From: a virus
Lineage: Duplodnaviria; Caudoviricetes
Virus record (IMG/VR): IMGVR_UViG_3300025083_000183
Coordinates: 1-27,151 of that record
Strand: one strand, 5' to 3'
Length of the DNA: 27,151 nt
The first letter of the stretch is position 1, and every line of letters starts with the position of its first letter. Both the position numbers and the translations under genes were made by a program. Positions 21,001 through 25,738 of this stretch are shown here, piece by piece. The notes below the pieces were generated by a model. The model made no database searches, was not told where the DNA came from, and was given only the letters and a program-made list of their open reading frames with translations.

Positions 21001-22921
21001 TGTTCATATTGACGGAATACAATCATATATTACAGTAGACGGTGTGTCAGCAAAAGTTGAAGTATTTAAAACAGATAGTACTTACGGTGAGCTTGAAGGA
21101 TTGGTTGGGATTGAATTTGTTGTTCCACCAGAAGAAAATTCACATATATTTTATGCATTGTATGACACTAATGAAGAAGATATTCAACGTTACAGTGAAG
21201 TAACTGTTAATAGATTTGTTGGAGACGGTAGTACAGTAGGGTATCAATTAGATCCAGCACCATTTACGAAGTTGCCATTGAGTCATAATATTATTGTTAA
21301 AGTTAATAATACAATATTATACCCAGGTTACACTCAACACTGGTATGTAGTTCCTACTAGAGAATACCCGTTAGATCCTTCGCAGCAAGCTCCGAGTAGT
21401 TTAAGTCCAGATGAAGTTGACGTATACTTAAATGGTAACAAATTACTCTTACTTAATGATTATAACTGGGATTTTGCTAATAGTCAAGTAGTACTATTTG
21501 ATAATGTTGGTGAAACAGGTGATGATCTTGAAATAGTTATACCAAAGAATAGAGACTATCAATTTTCACAAAATACTAGAATAAGTCTTGCAAGCGTTAC
21601 AGGTACTTTTGAAGTAGGTGAAACTGTAAACGTTGGAACAGGTGATAGTACAGTTTATAGTGCTGTAGTTAAGTCTTATGCAGCTGGAAACTTAGTAATT
21701 GTAGGAACACTTGCTGGACTAGTTGAAGCAGTTGATGACGATAATACTTTACCAGTTACTGGTGTAACTAGCGGAGCAACATCAGAAACTATACTGGGAG
21801 TAGATTTAATTGAAGCCGGCGATAGTTTAGTACTTACACAGGCTCCAAATGATGGCGATACTATTGATGTGTATAAGTTTAGCAGACACGAAATACAAGA
21901 CATTCAGATGGAAACAAGAACAAATGTAATTCGTAGTACTCTTACTGTTGGCAGCGAAGATTATTATGATGCTCATAGATTAGGTAGAGGTCTTGTTAAA
22001 CTAAGATCGGCTGCACTTGATACTGCATATGTTTGGGTAAGTTTAAATGGAGAATTGTTAACACCTAATGTAGACTATAAATTAGTAAAATTAGATACAT
22101 ACATACATATTGCTAGAAAATTAGAAACAAATGATGTAGTTCAAGTTATACATTTTGCAGCAACACCGTCAAACGAAAAGTTTGGATTTAGATTGTTTAA
22201 AGATATGCTTAACAGAACTCATTATAAGAGATTGAACAAAGATAATGTTTATACACTTGCAGAACCATTAAATATTACTGATAAGACAATAGTACTAGAT
22301 GATACAACAAATATTACGCAACCTAGTAAAGAACTTAATGTTCCGGGGGTGTTATTTGTAGAAGGTGAACGTATAGAATACTTTACTGTATCTAATAATA
22401 CATTAGGTCAGTTACATAGAGGAACATTAGGAACCGGACCAAAAGATACATATGAAGCCGGCACTGAATGTATGGATCAAAGTAATTCTGAAACTATACC
22501 TTATACCGATCAAATGGTTTCGTTAATTGCATTAGATGACGAGTCAACGCAGGTGGTACTTGATTGGGTACCAACTAAAGGAGTTAACGAATTTGAAATA
22601 TTCGTTGGTGGACGTAGATTGCGTAAAAATGCAATACCGTCATACCAGTTCCAAGAAGTTGATGCAAGTGGAAACGTAACAACAGGACTTATTGATCAAA
22701 ATAGCCCAGAAGGAGATACTGTACTACAACCAGAATTTACACTAGCAATAGACGATAATGTTGCTACAGTTAGTCTTGTAGAAACTCCAGCTGAGAATAG
22801 CAGGATATTAGTAGTAAGAAAACTTGGAAAAACGTGGCAATTGCCAGGAGAACAACTAAGATATGCAGATAATTCAATTGCGAATTTCATCCGCGGAGCA
22901 ACAACTGACTTACCTAAATAA
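6047..22921 (+). CDS. Giant (5624 aa) multidomain virion protein, probable gp7/gpI-type baseplate wedge subunit carrying many accessory domains
   Basis: Uninterrupted 16.9-kb ORF. It overlaps the gp6-like stop (TAATG) and has SD GGAGGA at 6030-6035. It occupies the position after gp6/gpJ and has KGT (11450) and VKP (18155) motifs. It also contains FG-GAP blades, aromatic CBM-like motifs, GxGY repeats and repeated VxVxxNG...DY modules. Confidence 0.75.
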   Translation: MSYDNDQNEYPLPAEGNNNRKSESLLPRFFRTETNKKFLQATLDQLTQPGVAEKLNGYYGRQISKAYNADDNYVGDVSTNRENYQFEPATIIKDNLDNVTFYKDYNDYLNQISSFGGNVQNQDILNSQEFYAWNPHIDWDKFSNFREYYWLPYGPQTVRIAGQERGVESTIAVKLINNVDNVTYSFSTDELVNNPTLILYRGQTYTFDVDTTGTPITIKTKRTLEESFNYDDGVSAQGVEKGKITFTVGNSTPEVLYYVAENDINNTGLIQIKDIEENTEIDVEKEVLGKTTYKSSQGTVLSNGMKISFAGFVTPAEYAEGDWYVEGVGSSIKLIKESSLEIPGSYADNKDVPFDTNAFDRLPFANANGYPTAKDYIVINRGSLDKNMWTRYNRWFHKDVIEASAIANGQTVSADQSARATRPIVEFEAGLKLFNFGTSNKKNVDVIDTFTKDIFSIIEGSLGYNVDGIDLVNGMRVLFTADEDIREAGKIYKIKFVTHKGRRQISLVEESDSIPLENETVLALQGEAYQGKMFYYNGTSWNLTQEKTQVNQPPLFDLFDDVGDSYSDSTMYPNSTFSGTKLFSYKAGTGIADSELGFPLSYKSIQNIGDLVFNFDLLLDTFTYTDTSLATVTQGTDVCVLHNYSSRNNYNSVNGWIKANTESTQRVLRQYVANTNQTDFAVDVYNNSSTLEDLNIRITVNNDLKFVNTDYEIVNIGTTATVRFNNPLNENDIVVLRTRSATTKNENGIYEIAGNLERNPLNNDVTTFTLGEVNEHVSTIVQETDEFFGTYPGPGNLRDISNASQYGRRFLQHSGPTNLSLYHITDKSANIIKSMDFARREYAKFKRLFLQTSLGLGFDGTPKAHVDLIFKELNKNKTSNLPFYFSDMVPTGAARRLDYDAIPGNVYYALTQAFDITVPSILAVNVYLNDIQLTYDKDYTFNADGFCEITATLESTDKITIFEFETTDGSYVPPTPTKLGLYPKFEPKMFVDSSYATPQTVIQGHDGSITAAFNDYRDDLILELEKRIYNNLKVQYNSNLIDIHSFIPGAARTTGISFDSINNTMLKDFASWLNTVGNVDYTDSSFYNREDRFTYNYSSMTSPTGTILPGYWRAIYNQAYDTDRPHTHPWEMLGFNIKPSWWESQYGPAPYTSNNDVMWSDLEKGIINEPNKAKVILKKYIRPNLTLNLPVNGQGELLSPLDSGYARDYVNALTRQPFKFGDEAPVETAWRKSSDYPFSLFKSWILNQPSKIIGLGFDRLRTIRNSAGQLVYSQTNKRLRLQDLVFPNNSAQETTNRVYSSGFINFISNYLASNILVNYQNYQNNIKSITNQMAFKIGGFTDKSKFNLILDSRTPLNEGNVFIPEENYNVTLQTSSPIEIVTYSGVVVEKISSGYVIRGYDVTNPAFKYYKFDKNEKDPIVSVGGISASYIQWAERKRYTESSIVEYNNAYYRTKETHTSTGNFDTSKFARLPSLPVTGGRSAIFRSKFDKTFVQQLPYGSVLPDSQAVVDFLLGYGEHLSDQGFVFNNFNSNLEQIENWKLSSKEFLFWTLQNWDTGSLLTVSPSAQRIEFKRSDAVVDDVFDTFYDYGLVKADGTKLKSEFCNILRTNDNEFLFTVKNTADGIYAIKLPLVQKEHVVILDNETAFKDTIYDLEPGYRQERIRVLGYRTADWSGGLNIPGFIYDQAVVTEWTPWKDYAIGDVVKYKEYYYTATKKITGSEVFVSKNWYRLDEKPTPGLLTNLEYKTNQFADFYDLDTDNFDISQQEVAQHLIGYQKRDYLANIINDDVSQYKFYQGFIADKGTKNALTKLFDALGAVDKESLNFYEEWAVRTGQYGAADGYEELEFLLDEEQFRLSPQPILLTSIIPDDVSDLIYRQLPSSVYVAPKDYNGNPFPTAYVEETPIKTAGYVREDDVDFIVTNKDEILNLDITDFDRNEYVWVTFEDQEWNVYKHIDTNYTIIDAIPDGNVCTLVLDKISNFKEGDFIGIQNITDLNGFYKVLSSSVNRIDIDLGDVAFTGVEESDGSTVGILTTFVSNRVSKLEDANEYAQRDVATKEKIWIDSADDKGRWNVIQSSPAYDLDEDVTNPTQSNTSFGKSIAADTTNTFVAIGSPENSEGKVHVYKRQQDGSTVYGTLQPHQTLEPITNFDNGTSKFGSSVAMSPDGEYIVVGAPEATYVKSAFKDNFTFTSDYKLGAIVQYEGGLYKSRRSVKGNTDNIVFGSFDSASRWRSELYKVHNSYADFPTLAIGDLPLAVSTDHILVRAPIDSYEGSNVGDKLYLDWNDLSNAYDNNSGVNITGIDMTSPMKLITQTDHGLSDADTIIITDVPNDNIVLPDTGQFDNSDVNVPYDTIQQQGVKGLENRTYFVKVISAQQIELYEDSALLQRVNANIGFSGQPIGAAAGNLNLGDGTIQGTIRQIETPFSNITEPGVPWKTFLTSDVHTIRRKITDVFYVLDPVNIPDIPVELTLAGNLPNAINVGDTIRQENNTVVGTVKQINNNVIQVIDVSGIFKTGADGGGNITYTSGETTVVASNTIPSAVTSIVDEGVRVTTSTGNATVVYSRNELGKLVIYANDKNGVFDATGELFINDQFKIGNYERPLHDEIDRSSVLGGFWEIALPQSVTTTNSHTDNAYGLVIRDVKNNYNPSNYSSPDATWTESAALLPYKSSLQNALDNPVQILVGVDQPFQKEVDLIRVLSHKSQGVAGVVTETDVLDSRYVVRIPKAVSDKATSAFANASTPNPYVGVFLNDLPSSDGNTPDLTNKGFGTDVFNIINQTKVPVDLWDGYIDYDVFDLTLDLEVGDIIREGETGATAEVVYYQRDGDQVRIYVKNVAGTFTFGTRYITGVAPASMFIYKQVGAVLTRIGTTESRQLADDDIGKLAVFQHTENLTIPPTLTYAINSETDEIADYEVEFITGVEYQTWIEEFKPGTSRVSLVPSTENNDWAEVNNIPINVGRDASTVVREGAFFVYKHNNETDQYDLVNGYILPNRETNRQLGKQVKLINNENFYKLAINSNESHANDEKQEVSSAGKGRIYFVINGQDEFGTYDWEQGRNKNFKGIYRNTSAYYVDQIVIYQDSFYKALTNLNNEEFDSSKWQLVSDHADFVGYVPNTSGFVFPGDDSSIVNLNTSDFGTVFDISESGSIFATIAKYSDGTSKLVIYRLKDSHFEYVTEFTAPATSTGFGNAIAVSDNGNLIAVGASSTNTEQLKQGQIFVYKNVNGTFTLSQTLNSPNKELAEGFGSRLGFDGNQLVVTGTTSDIVLDTTFDRYQNKKPGSTYVNDPRSALQVGETVFDGGFTTYARRIEDSGLVFIYENINDSLIFGQRLTYNNFDVKDFGDNILVKNDTIMIGLPNLSVDDTLSGKVAVYIKDADSSTWSVLRSPVDPITMQKFRGSFLYNTVENKMLTRLDIIDPLQGKISGIAEQELSYKTYYDPASYNVGFANTKEKFIAWNDQNVGKLWWDLSTVKFLDYRQGKITFAQNIWNTLAKGASVDVYEWVESKILPSAWDNQADTNEGTSRGYSGQTKYGDSKYVEKDIYDKISQTFSKRYYFWVKNKKIVPSVEGRIRSGFDIANIIADPSGQKLKFVNILGSDRFILYNCNNLIENKETAINFRYWTIDNQDNNIHTEYQIITDGLETSRPKSIIEQKWFDSLVGQDLYHRPVPDPTLSVKQKYGNLNRPRQSWFVNRVEALKEVIERVNRVLESQLAIDNLNLTKLSEKDPVPTLLSGQYDEAIDTEAELRLVGTVRATQAQLEAVVVDGTVTKINIVNAGRGYRNPPNIIVTGTGEDLELQVVLNNIGAISSVNIIDGGTNYQDNITLAVRPLTALVRADSTLGGIWSLYAWDSVNRSWTVSKQQYYDVSQYWEYKDWYATGYSELTSFDYLIDDYYELNVINDSIGDIVKISNVGTGGWILLEKIINIDTPDYTTGYKTVARQNGTIKFLEKTYTSEEGKTELRKILETIRDDLFVDELANEYNQLFFASLRYVLSEQNYADWLFKTSFVKAKHNVGQLIEKTTYQNDNLPSFEEYTNEVKPYKTKIREYLSAYEKTDNTQSVVTDFELSPFFSVQLGKIVSPQVQITDGVLSGINFDETEYPQKHWIDNFTYGIDKIIVKDGGTGYTEAPSIIIAGGGGTGAKARAFIGSGSVTSVVVTDPGSGYTSTPTVTIIGTQAENSKLPTVSVILKNQKVRTFNVKQKFDRITPNFELFNLPESETFTSTGTELKLGLKYPMDLTRSNIRVFFNNVEALSSEFTYNNEEVLVSDKSYTKEVGYILLNSSKIAGTLIKVEYNKGYELLNAADRISLLYNPETGQYGKDLGQLMDGVDYGGVEVRSFEFGQDAGFDSQPWYTSAWDTYDENFDDESFVTEGLTTSFTLSKPLEEEALYNVYVNTTRVDDPNYDGSTKTYLSDDGSTILALGNPNAMMKTLTTESDEYEVTTDASGLPVYKVNIQNVDDWEEFFASEGTPAVPAVPAVVADPEYNNGAIIDVTGDGSDFFKREVTTNGVRIMGAGTVGGQTAVPDAWLEKVARMFELFLDPNGASINETYQRAMIQTLSGDTGTWHEGLPTLQRVARGAGADYTPNFLTDAGVISWNLTNLFDTHVANDMVWYLNSTGDGYGDGDIDAQEVIEHVFHTLHMHGLTDDIKLYSYISADWATGPLYAAMEEAFDGGFWDPTGYQVNPDDWKTDSEAFEVAAKEYLFLLNFSMFEYTELWDGGSLAPEWADSVRTQAGIQANNPLGYAFHNTYIAPVISKPSLATIRSIFGDGNTPAQDDPSLAGVSGYVVDILSAGSPEIPAIPGVASDPTITIRKSTSDGSFLPSGAGFDSLIEGGNLQYGTATGLDAGDINIDGDGFVTPTTSKGPEELVPGQLHDTLDLKVYDRAAAGGSAISTRNYVATESQKIFALDILPHNIYSLLVKVNGALLVETDYVIDYNLKIVTLNTGLTLGDRVNIISMAGNGERILDIDYFTGDGNTKIFVTNVVHIDGIQSYITVDGVSAKVEVFKTDSTYGELEGLVGIEFVVPPEENSHIFYALYDTNEEDIQRYSEVTVNRFVGDGSTVGYQLDPAPFTKLPLSHNIIVKVNNTILYPGYTQHWYVVPTREYPLDPSQQAPSSLSPDEVDVYLNGNKLLLLNDYNWDFANSQVVLFDNVGETGDDLEIVIPKNRDYQFSQNTRISLASVTGTFEVGETVNVGTGDSTVYSAVVKSYAAGNLVIVGTLAGLVEAVDDDNTLPVTGVTSGATSETILGVDLIEAGDSLVLTQAPNDGDTIDVYKFSRHEIQDIQMETRTNVIRSTLTVGSEDYYDAHRLGRGLVKLRSAALDTAYVWVSLNGELLTPNVDYKLVKLDTYIHIARKLETNDVVQVIHFAATPSNEKFGFRLFKDMLNRTHYKRLNKDNVYTLAEPLNITDKTIVLDDTTNITQPSKELNVPGVLFVEGERIEYFTVSNNTLGQLHRGTLGTGPKDTYEAGTECMDQSNSETIPYTDQMVSLIALDDESTQVVLDWVPTKGVNEFEIFVGGRRLRKNAIPSYQFQEVDASGNVTTGLIDQNSPEGDTVLQPEFTLAIDDNVATVSLVETPAENSRILVVRKLGKTWQLPGEQLRYADNSIANFIRGATTDLPK
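12329..16165 (+). repeat. Seven FG-GAP-like beta-propeller blades (protein-level repeats), discontinuous
   Basis: SFGKSIAA..VAIGSP..GKVHVY; KFGSSVAMSPDGEYIVVGAPEA...EGAFFVY; QLGKQVKL..GRIYFV; DFGTVFDIS..LVIY; GFGNAIAVSDNGNLIAVGAS..GQIFVY; GFGSRLGFDGNQLVVTG..GLVFIY; DFGDNILV..MIGLP..GKVAVY. Confidence 0.7.
17345..18600 (+). repeat. GxGY-type beta repeats in two clusters (about 17345-17520 and 18380-18600), typical of myovirus baseplate/fibre proteins
   Basis: VTKINIVNAGRGYRNPPNIIVTG, ISSVNIIDGGTNY, IDKIIVKDGGTGYTEAPSIIIAGGGGTGA, VTSVVVTDPGSGYTSTPTVTIIG. Confidence 0.7.
19454..19480 (+). repeat. 9-bp tandem repeat x3 (CCRGCAGTA) encoding PAV-PAV-PAV linker
   Basis: ccagcagta ccggcagta ccggcagta read directly from the sequence, in frame. 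Confidence 0.95.
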
Positions 22922-22925
22922 ATAC
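22917..22925 (+). promoter_or_regulatory. Putative late promoter AATAAATAC overlapping the giant gene's stop codon
   Basis: cctaAATAAATACactagCAGGAagataaaATG: the same motif as at 2502-2510, followed by SD-like CAGGA (22931-22935) and the ATG at 22943. Confidence 0.55.
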
Positions 22926-22942
22926 ACTAGCAGGAAGATAAA

Positions 22943-23560
22943 ATGACAGATACTTTTAAAGACTTAAACGGCGTACTACTACAAGGACACATCAAGATTA
23001 CTGATCCTGAAAGTGGCGAAGTTTTAATAGACAAACGAAATGCTATTCATTATGAGAATATGAGTATAGCACTTGCCGAATCGTTGGCGAACGCAGGACA
23101 AGGGCCCATATATAAAATGGCATTTGGTAACGGCGGTACGGCAGTAGATCCAACTGGCATTATTACTTACTTAACTCCAAACTCAACTGGTACAAATGCA
23201 AGTCTGTATAATCAAACTTTTGCTAAAGTAGTAGATGATCAAGCAAGTAATAATACAGATCCTGTAAGAAACAAAATTGAAACTAGACACGTAAGTGGTA
23301 CTAACTATACAGACATTCTTGTTAGTTGTTTGCTAGATTATGGCGAACCTAGTGGACAAGATGCTTTTGATACTACAACAAATACAGAAAATTTATATGT
23401 GTTTGACGAATTAGGCTTAATAAGTGCAGGCGCTAGTGGCGCAGATGGTAGGTTACTAACACACGTTATTTTCCATCCTGTGCAAAAGAGTCTTAATAGA
23501 CTTATCCAGATTGATTACACTGTAAGAGTGCAAAGTTTAACCGGTTTTAACGAGGTGTAA
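22943..23560 (+). CDS. Virion structural protein, probable baseplate-to-fibre attachment protein (resembles the N-terminal domain of P2 gpH-type fibres)
   Basis: 205 aa. The pattern ALAESLA...IYKMAFGNGG...SLYNQ...VFDELGL...LLTHVIFHPVQK...IDYTVRV resembles the tail-collar-fibre N-terminal (DUF3751-like) pattern. It lies between the wedge genes and the fibre genes. Confidence 0.55.
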   Translation: MTDTFKDLNGVLLQGHIKITDPESGEVLIDKRNAIHYENMSIALAESLANAGQGPIYKMAFGNGGTAVDPTGIITYLTPNSTGTNASLYNQTFAKVVDDQASNNTDPVRNKIETRHVSGTNYTDILVSCLLDYGEPSGQDAFDTTTNTENLYVFDELGLISAGASGADGRLLTHVIFHPVQKSLNRLIQIDYTVRVQSLTGFNEV

Positions 23561-23563
23561 TAG

Positions 23564-25738
23564 ATGGCATACGAGATTAGATATTCAGATTTTGTAAACA
23601 AGGGTAGTATTGTTATTGAAGACAATACAATTAACCAAGATACTTCCTTAGATTTACCAGGAAGAAATACAACTGCTTACGGTGCTAGTATTGCTGGCAA
23701 TTTTTTAAAACTATTAGAAAATTTTGCTAATTCAACGCAACCGCTTAATCCAGTAGAAGGTCAGCTGTGGTACGACAATAGCCCAGGAGTTGATCAACTT
23801 AAATTATGGGATGGTACAACTTGGGTAGCAGCAGGAGGATTAAAAAAATCAAATCTTCCACCAGAAGCACAAAATAGTATTATTGGAGATCTTTGGGTAG
23901 ATACAGACAACTCACAACTTTACTTGTTTGCAGGCTCAGGATGGGTGCTAGTAGGTCCAGAATTTGCACAAGGCTTAGCAACTGGTACACGACCAGGAAA
24001 AGTTGTTGCCATTGACAATAACGAATACGATGTTGTATATATTGAAGTAAAAGGTGAAATACTTGGCGTAATTGCAAGTGAAGCGTTTACACCAAAATCT
24101 TCAATAGAAGGATTTCCAAATGGAGTTAGACCTGGGGTTAATCTATCAGCAAACAATATAGCAGGTGACGGAACACCGCAGTTTAACGGTATTTCAGAAA
24201 AATCGTTAAATTTAGTTGTTCCAGGACTATCTGCAGCAAATGATGTGTTAATTACAGCAAGCAATGTTATGCGCAAAGACGCAGAAAACACTACTAATTG
24301 GCCTATTAAAGTTAAAAACGCATCAGGTGTTAATATTGGTCTTACAAACGAGCTTAAACTATATGTAGATGGGTTTGCAGGTGTACTACAGCACGATATA
24401 AGCGGCTCTAATTTACAAATAAGAATGAATAATGCTGGCACTACAAAGACAGTAATAACTGTTGATAGTACTGAAAAGGTTGGTATTAACAATCCAAGCC
24501 CGCAGTATGCATTAGATGTTGACGGAACAATACAAACAGATGAACAAATACGTGTTACTAGCTTAACAGATAGTAGTGGTGTTAGTAGCGGAAGCATTAT
24601 AACAAGTGGCGGCGCTGGTATTGCTAAAAATTTAAGCGTTGGCGGCATTGCTGATATAGACGGACCCCTAGTTATAGGTAAACCAAATCTTATTAATCCA
24701 GATACTGGATCAGTTAATCCTGTATCAGCAGCAATTTTACCGGATTTAAATAATTTAAGAACTATTGGACAGCCTGATAAAGTTTTTAGTGCAGTATACT
24801 CTACAGAATTTGTAGGAAGTTTACGAGGAGACGTACAAGGATCAGTATCAGGTAGATCTGGACAATCAGATAGACTGTCATCACCAACTGTATTCCAAAT
24901 GACTGGAGATGTTTCAGCAAATAATATTAGTTTTGACGGTCAGCAAGGTACAGTTACATTTAATACTGTAATTGATAGTGCATTTATTAATACAGCACCA
25001 GCAAATACAGGAGTTGGAGATGCAGCTCAACCAGTTGCATCAGAAGCAACAGATTTATTTTTAATAAGCAAACCTGCTGGATTGTTTCAAATGCCTAGAG
25101 ATAGAATACTAGGAGGTATTAAAGCAATTGTTCCAGTTGGATCGATTATGCCTTATGCAGGAATAACTGACGATGTTAATATTCCATTGCCTGCAGGGTG
25201 GTTAATATGTGACGGATCAAACTATTTAATTAGTTCTTTTGGTTCATTGTTTAGTAGAGTCGGATATAGTTTTAAACCAAAAGGCGATGTTGATACAGAA
25301 CAGGGAGTAGCAGATCAATATTTTGCTGTTCCAGATATGCGTGGAAGATTTCCACTAGGTAATGACAGTATGGGTAGCAGAGGATCAGCAAATGTTGTAG
25401 ATAGTGACGCTGCTGATCAACACGGTGGTAAGAGTGGTTTAGAAAGAGTAACACTTGGAATAACTAACTTACCAGAACACGAACACGATATGGTAAACGA
25501 TAGAGCAGGTGCAGAAGCAGCAGGTTCGCAATTTTATGCAATTAGCCCGACAGCCGCAGTACAAAATTTATCAGCAGATCATACAGTACAAGATGCTGAT
25601 TTAATTGGTACTAGTACTGGTGCATTATATGCAGGTACAGGCGGAATACTTTCACAGAGTACAGTTGGTCAACCGTTTGATATATTAAATCCGTTTGTAA
25701 CACTAAACTATCTAATTTATGCAGGAGAAGACAATTAA
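23564..25738 (+). CDS. Tail fibre / baseplate fibre protein with C-terminal phage tail-collar domain (T4 gp10/gp12-like C-terminus)
   Basis: 724 aa with SD GAGGTG at 23552-23557. N-terminal LLENFA..P..PVEGQLWYD..LKLWDG domain; fibre motifs KVGINNPSPQYALDVDG and GSIITSGGAGIAKNLSVGG; collar VPVGSIMPYAG..PAGWLICDG..LFSRVGYSF..FAVPDMRGRFPLG (25130-25360); NLPEHEH; terminal QPFDILNPFVTLNYLI. Confidence 0.82.
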   Translation: MAYEIRYSDFVNKGSIVIEDNTINQDTSLDLPGRNTTAYGASIAGNFLKLLENFANSTQPLNPVEGQLWYDNSPGVDQLKLWDGTTWVAAGGLKKSNLPPEAQNSIIGDLWVDTDNSQLYLFAGSGWVLVGPEFAQGLATGTRPGKVVAIDNNEYDVVYIEVKGEILGVIASEAFTPKSSIEGFPNGVRPGVNLSANNIAGDGTPQFNGISEKSLNLVVPGLSAANDVLITASNVMRKDAENTTNWPIKVKNASGVNIGLTNELKLYVDGFAGVLQHDISGSNLQIRMNNAGTTKTVITVDSTEKVGINNPSPQYALDVDGTIQTDEQIRVTSLTDSSGVSSGSIITSGGAGIAKNLSVGGIADIDGPLVIGKPNLINPDTGSVNPVSAAILPDLNNLRTIGQPDKVFSAVYSTEFVGSLRGDVQGSVSGRSGQSDRLSSPTVFQMTGDVSANNISFDGQQGTVTFNTVIDSAFINTAPANTGVGDAAQPVASEATDLFLISKPAGLFQMPRDRILGGIKAIVPVGSIMPYAGITDDVNIPLPAGWLICDGSNYLISSFGSLFSRVGYSFKPKGDVDTEQGVADQYFAVPDMRGRFPLGNDSMGSRGSANVVDSDAADQHGGKSGLERVTLGITNLPEHEHDMVNDRAGAEAAGSQFYAISPTAAVQNLSADHTVQDADLIGTSTGALYAGTGGILSQSTVGQPFDILNPFVTLNYLIYAGEDN

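Noticed and set aside
12119-21660. Recurring DGSTV/GDSTV peptide and agtacagt DNA (about 12120, 12431, 21224, 21641)
   Set aside because: These are short, irregularly spaced turn motifs in beta-rich protein, with no extended nucleotide identity. They are not a repeat array or a DGR template/variable pair.
23920-24648. 242-aa minus-strand ORF
   Set aside because: It lies wholly antisense to the fibre gene and has no recognisable motif. It is best explained as a shadow ORF from the codon bias of the + strand gene.
447-25454. All other short minus-strand ORFs and alternative-frame plus-strand ORFs (60-121 aa)
   Set aside because: They are nested in long, well-supported + strand genes, and their low-information translations show no domain motifs.
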